A stretch of 64,000 nucleotides of DNA from Candidatus Eiseniibacteriota bacterium. Its GTDB lineage: Bacteria > Eisenbacteria > RBG-16-71-46. A model generated the notes under the pieces. It was not told the DNA's origin. It did no database searches and saw only the letters and a list, made by a program, of their open reading frames with translations. The DNA lies in assembly GCA_963744995.1 (NCBI GenBank), contig CAVUWA010000010.1, positions 830,580-894,579 of the forward strand, in the 5' to 3' direction. The position numbers and the translations under genes were made by a program. Positions 60,956 through 64,000 of this stretch are shown piece by piece (within the stretch, counting starts at the first letter, position 1; each line of letters opens with the position of its first letter).

Positions 60956-63601
60956 ATGCGCTGGCACCCCGGCCTTCCGTCCCGGATCCGCCGGTCCGGA
61001 ATGCTCACGTTGTGCGCCGCGCTGCTCGCCTCGTTCGGGGCCACCGGCAGCCACGCCGACACCGTCGACGATCAGGTCACCCTCCAACGCGCGCGCGAGA
61101 TGAAGCAGCTGCAGTACCGGCTGAACCTCGAGGGCATGCGGCGCGAGCACGAAGAACTCGTCGAGAAGGCGCGCGAGGCGCTCGAAGCGCAGCGCAAGGG
61201 CGAGCCCATCCCGCGCGGCGACCACGCGAAGGAAGTGATCGACGACGACGGCCGGCTCCTGCGCAGCACGCCGCTGCCGCGCGCGGCCACGCGCGCCGCG
61301 CTCGAGGCGGTGCAGTCGATCCCGACCAACGTCGCCGCCAGCGACCGGTCCGGCGACGTGCTGCCGGGCTCCGGTCAGGCCGAGTCGTCGATCGCCGTCT
61401 GGCAGAACTATCAGATCATCGCCTGGAACGACGGCGACGGATTCAACGGCGGCAGCCAGGCCCCGCACGTGCAGGGCTACGGCTACTCGAGCGACGGCGG
61501 CGCGACGTTCACCGACGGCGGCGCGTTCCCCGCCTCCGGCAACTTCGTGTGGTCGAGCGACCCGGTGATGACCGTCAACGAGAAGACCGGCGAGTTCTAC
61601 TACTGCGGCCTCGCCGATCCGACCGCCGCGACCAACGGCATCGGCGTCGTGCGCGGCACGTTCAGCGGCCCGACCCTCACCTGGGACCCCCCGGTGACGG
61701 CCGTCAGCGTCTCCAACTTCACCAACTTCACCGACAAGCAGTGGATCGTGGCCGACTCGTCGAACGGCAACCTGTACATCAGCTACACGGATTTCTTCTC
61801 GTCGTTCGACCGCATCATGTTCATCCGCTCGACCGACGGCGGCGCCACGTGGAGCACCCCGCTGCAGATCAACAGCTCGCCATCGAACGGCTACGTGCAG
61901 GGGTCGCGCCCCGCCGTCGGCCCCAACGGCGAGGTGTACGTCGTGTGGAAGGAGCTGGCGACTTCCGGCACGGAGGACTTTATCCGGATCCGCAAGTCCA
62001 TCAATCAGGGCGCGAGCTTCGGCGGGGTCACCACGGCCGCGACCTACTACGACAACTTCGGCTCCGGTGCGCCCGGGTTCAACCGCGAGCGCGCGGTGTC
62101 GTTCCCCTCGATCGCCGTGGACCGTACGAACGGGCCGAACCGCGGCCGCGTGTACGTCACGTTCCACGAGTCGCTCAACTACTACAACGATCCCATCGGC
62201 TACGCCGGCAACACCATGGAGAGCGAGGCCAACGACACGCCCGCCGGCGCCGACCCGTTCCCGATGGGGGCGATCATCCGTGGCAACCTCGACGCCAACG
62301 ACATCGACTGGTACTCGTTCACGGCCACGGCCGGGACCAGCTACCTCTTCTACACGGACTCGATCCCGAATCCGCTGTACTCGATGCGCGTGTATTGCAC
62401 CGACGGCGTGCAGCGGCTGTCGCTTGCGGGCGATCTGAATACGCCCGCGGGCGCCGCGGGCCTGACCGTCTGGACGGCGCCGGCCAACGGCACGTACTAC
62501 CTGCGGATGTTTTACGTGAGCGGCGGCTCCGCGGGCGGGTATCGCATCATCACGGGCGTCGCCAACCACGACTCCGAGCCGGGCCGGGACATGCGCGACG
62601 TGATGGTCGCCTACGCCGACGCCGGCGTCTCCTGGACCACCGAGAAGCTGGTCAATGACGAGCCCGGCAGATACGACGACTGGCTGCCCGAGGTCGAGGT
62701 CGCCGCCGACGGCTGCCCGTACGTCATGTGGTTCGACTGGCGCGATGACGTTCTCACCTGCGCGGGACGTTCGAGCATCTACGTGTCGCGCTCGGCCGAC
62801 GGGGGCACGACGTGGGCCACCAGTCAGCGTACTACCGACGTGCTGTCGGACTGGACCGGCACGTTCACGAACATCGCGCCCAACCAGGGCGACTACAGCG
62901 ACATCAACGCCGGGGCCCGCACCGTGAACTGGACCTGGGCCGATGCGCGCAATGGCGACGCCGACGTCTACACCACCGGGACCCGCATCGACCATGCCGT
63001 GTCCACGTGCCAGAGCGATACCACGGTATCGCCAGGCACGGCGTTCAGCGCCCACTTCTCCGTGCACAACCTGAACCAGTTGTTCGGCAACGACTACCAC
63101 TGGACGCTGAGCGACGATCGCGGATGGACGCTGCCCGGCGGCAACCTCCCGCTGGCGCCCTTTGCCAGCGGCGACATCGAGCCGTCGATCGCCGTGCCCG
63201 ATACGGCGATGGCCGGCCCGAACACCATCTGCCTGCACGTCGTGAACTCCAAGGGCACGATCGCCGCGACGTGCTGCTTCACCGCCATCGTCAACGCCAC
63301 CACCGGCGTGGGCGACGGTGCGCTGGCCTTCGGCCTGCGCTCGATCGTCCCGAACCCGGCGGCCGGCCCGGCGCGCATCACGTTTACGCTGCCCGCGGAC
63401 GGACGCGTTTCGCTCGAGGTCTTCGGCCTGCAGGGCGAGCGGGTGCGCACGCTGGCGAGCGGCACCTGGGTCGCGGGCGCCCATACGATCACCTGGAACG
63501 GGCTCGACGAGCAGGGCCACACGGTGCGGCCGGGCACGTATTTCGTGCGTCTCGAGGGCTTCGGCCGCTCGGCGGTGCAGCGCTTCGTGAAGATGCAGTA
63601 G
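60956..63601 (+). CDS. Tandem paralog: secreted Asp-box beta-propeller protein with PPC-like insert and FlgD-Ig/T9SS-like tail
   Basis: SSDGGATF, STDGGATW, SADGGTTW; shares SDP..TVNEKTGEF, DDWLPEVEV and NIAPNQGDY with the upstream gene; WNGLDEQG...GTYFVRL. Confidence 0.87.
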   Translation: MRWHPGLPSRIRRSGMLTLCAALLASFGATGSHADTVDDQVTLQRAREMKQLQYRLNLEGMRREHEELVEKAREALEAQRKGEPIPRGDHAKEVIDDDGRLLRSTPLPRAATRAALEAVQSIPTNVAASDRSGDVLPGSGQAESSIAVWQNYQIIAWNDGDGFNGGSQAPHVQGYGYSSDGGATFTDGGAFPASGNFVWSSDPVMTVNEKTGEFYYCGLADPTAATNGIGVVRGTFSGPTLTWDPPVTAVSVSNFTNFTDKQWIVADSSNGNLYISYTDFFSSFDRIMFIRSTDGGATWSTPLQINSSPSNGYVQGSRPAVGPNGEVYVVWKELATSGTEDFIRIRKSINQGASFGGVTTAATYYDNFGSGAPGFNRERAVSFPSIAVDRTNGPNRGRVYVTFHESLNYYNDPIGYAGNTMESEANDTPAGADPFPMGAIIRGNLDANDIDWYSFTATAGTSYLFYTDSIPNPLYSMRVYCTDGVQRLSLAGDLNTPAGAAGLTVWTAPANGTYYLRMFYVSGGSAGGYRIITGVANHDSEPGRDMRDVMVAYADAGVSWTTEKLVNDEPGRYDDWLPEVEVAADGCPYVMWFDWRDDVLTCAGRSSIYVSRSADGGTTWATSQRTTDVLSDWTGTFTNIAPNQGDYSDINAGARTVNWTWADARNGDADVYTTGTRIDHAVSTCQSDTTVSPGTAFSAHFSVHNLNQLFGNDYHWTLSDDRGWTLPGGNLPLAPFASGDIEPSIAVPDTAMAGPNTICLHVVNSKGTIAATCCFTAIVNATTGVGDGALAFGLRSIVPNPAAGPARITFTLPADGRVSLEVFGLQGERVRTLASGTWVAGAHTITWNGLDEQGHTVRPGTYFVRLEGFGRSAVQRFVKMQ

Positions 63602-63985
63602 GGCGGCGCCGAGCCGCGCAGTCCGGGACGCCCGGCGCTCACGCGCCGGGCGTCTTCCTTTGCTGCCTGCGCCCGGCGGTGCGCCCGGCCATGCGGGTGC
63701 GCCGCCCGACCGCCGCGCTCGAAGCGGCCGTGCGGCCGCACGCCTGACCGGCCTGTCTCCGGCCCCCCCCCACCCGGCCTTCCACCGCGCTCGCCGCCGG
63801 GATTCCCGCGCCGGGCCGTTCACCCCCGCGCCATGGCGCCGGAGCACCGCCGGCCCGCCGACCCGGGCGCGCCCCCGGCAACCCCGGGCCGCCTCCATCC
63901 GTAGGAGAGACAGCATGCAGCCGGGCCCTGCCCGCGGGCCGGACGGCCCGCGCGGTCCCGCCGCTGGAGTTCCCCGGAGGCACAC

Positions 63986-64000
63986 ATGAAACACTGGCTT
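63986..64000 (+). CDS. Start of a gene truncated by the window end
   Basis: GGAGG RBS followed by ATG AAA CAC TGG CTT. Confidence 0.4.

Overview
Very GC-rich bacterial chromosomal window close to the replication origin. The gene content and surface-protein style suggest the FCB-group / Ca. Eisenbacteria neighbourhood, but that is inference only. Housekeeping core: rpmH-rnpA-yidD-yidC-jag-mnmE-mnmG-rsmG-parA-parB with two parS sites, but no dnaA beside rpmH. Also present: a ubiA/ubiX/ubiD (futalosine-type menaquinone) operon interrupted by a Ser/Thr kinase, lexA, ribA, queE-queC-queD, fhs, c-di-GMP and two-component signalling genes, an ECF sigma/FecR pair, a sigma54 activator, an ABC exporter and several secreted proteins. 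Most notable unexplained signals: (1) two tandem secreted proteins sharing a terminal T-W-G-A-[VI]-K-A-L-Y-R motif, a candidate protein-sorting signal; (2) two intergenic, highly structured minus-strand RNAs, each directly behind a sigma54-type promoter, one of them beside a sigma54 activator; (3) an IS200-like TnpA lacking its catalytic Tyr, placed after lexA and carrying its own copy of a Fibrobacter-type LexA box; (4) sigma28-like promoters in front of PilZ, HEAT/HD-GYP and histidine kinase genes. All calls come from reading the sequence; no database searches were run, and start codons were chosen by eye.
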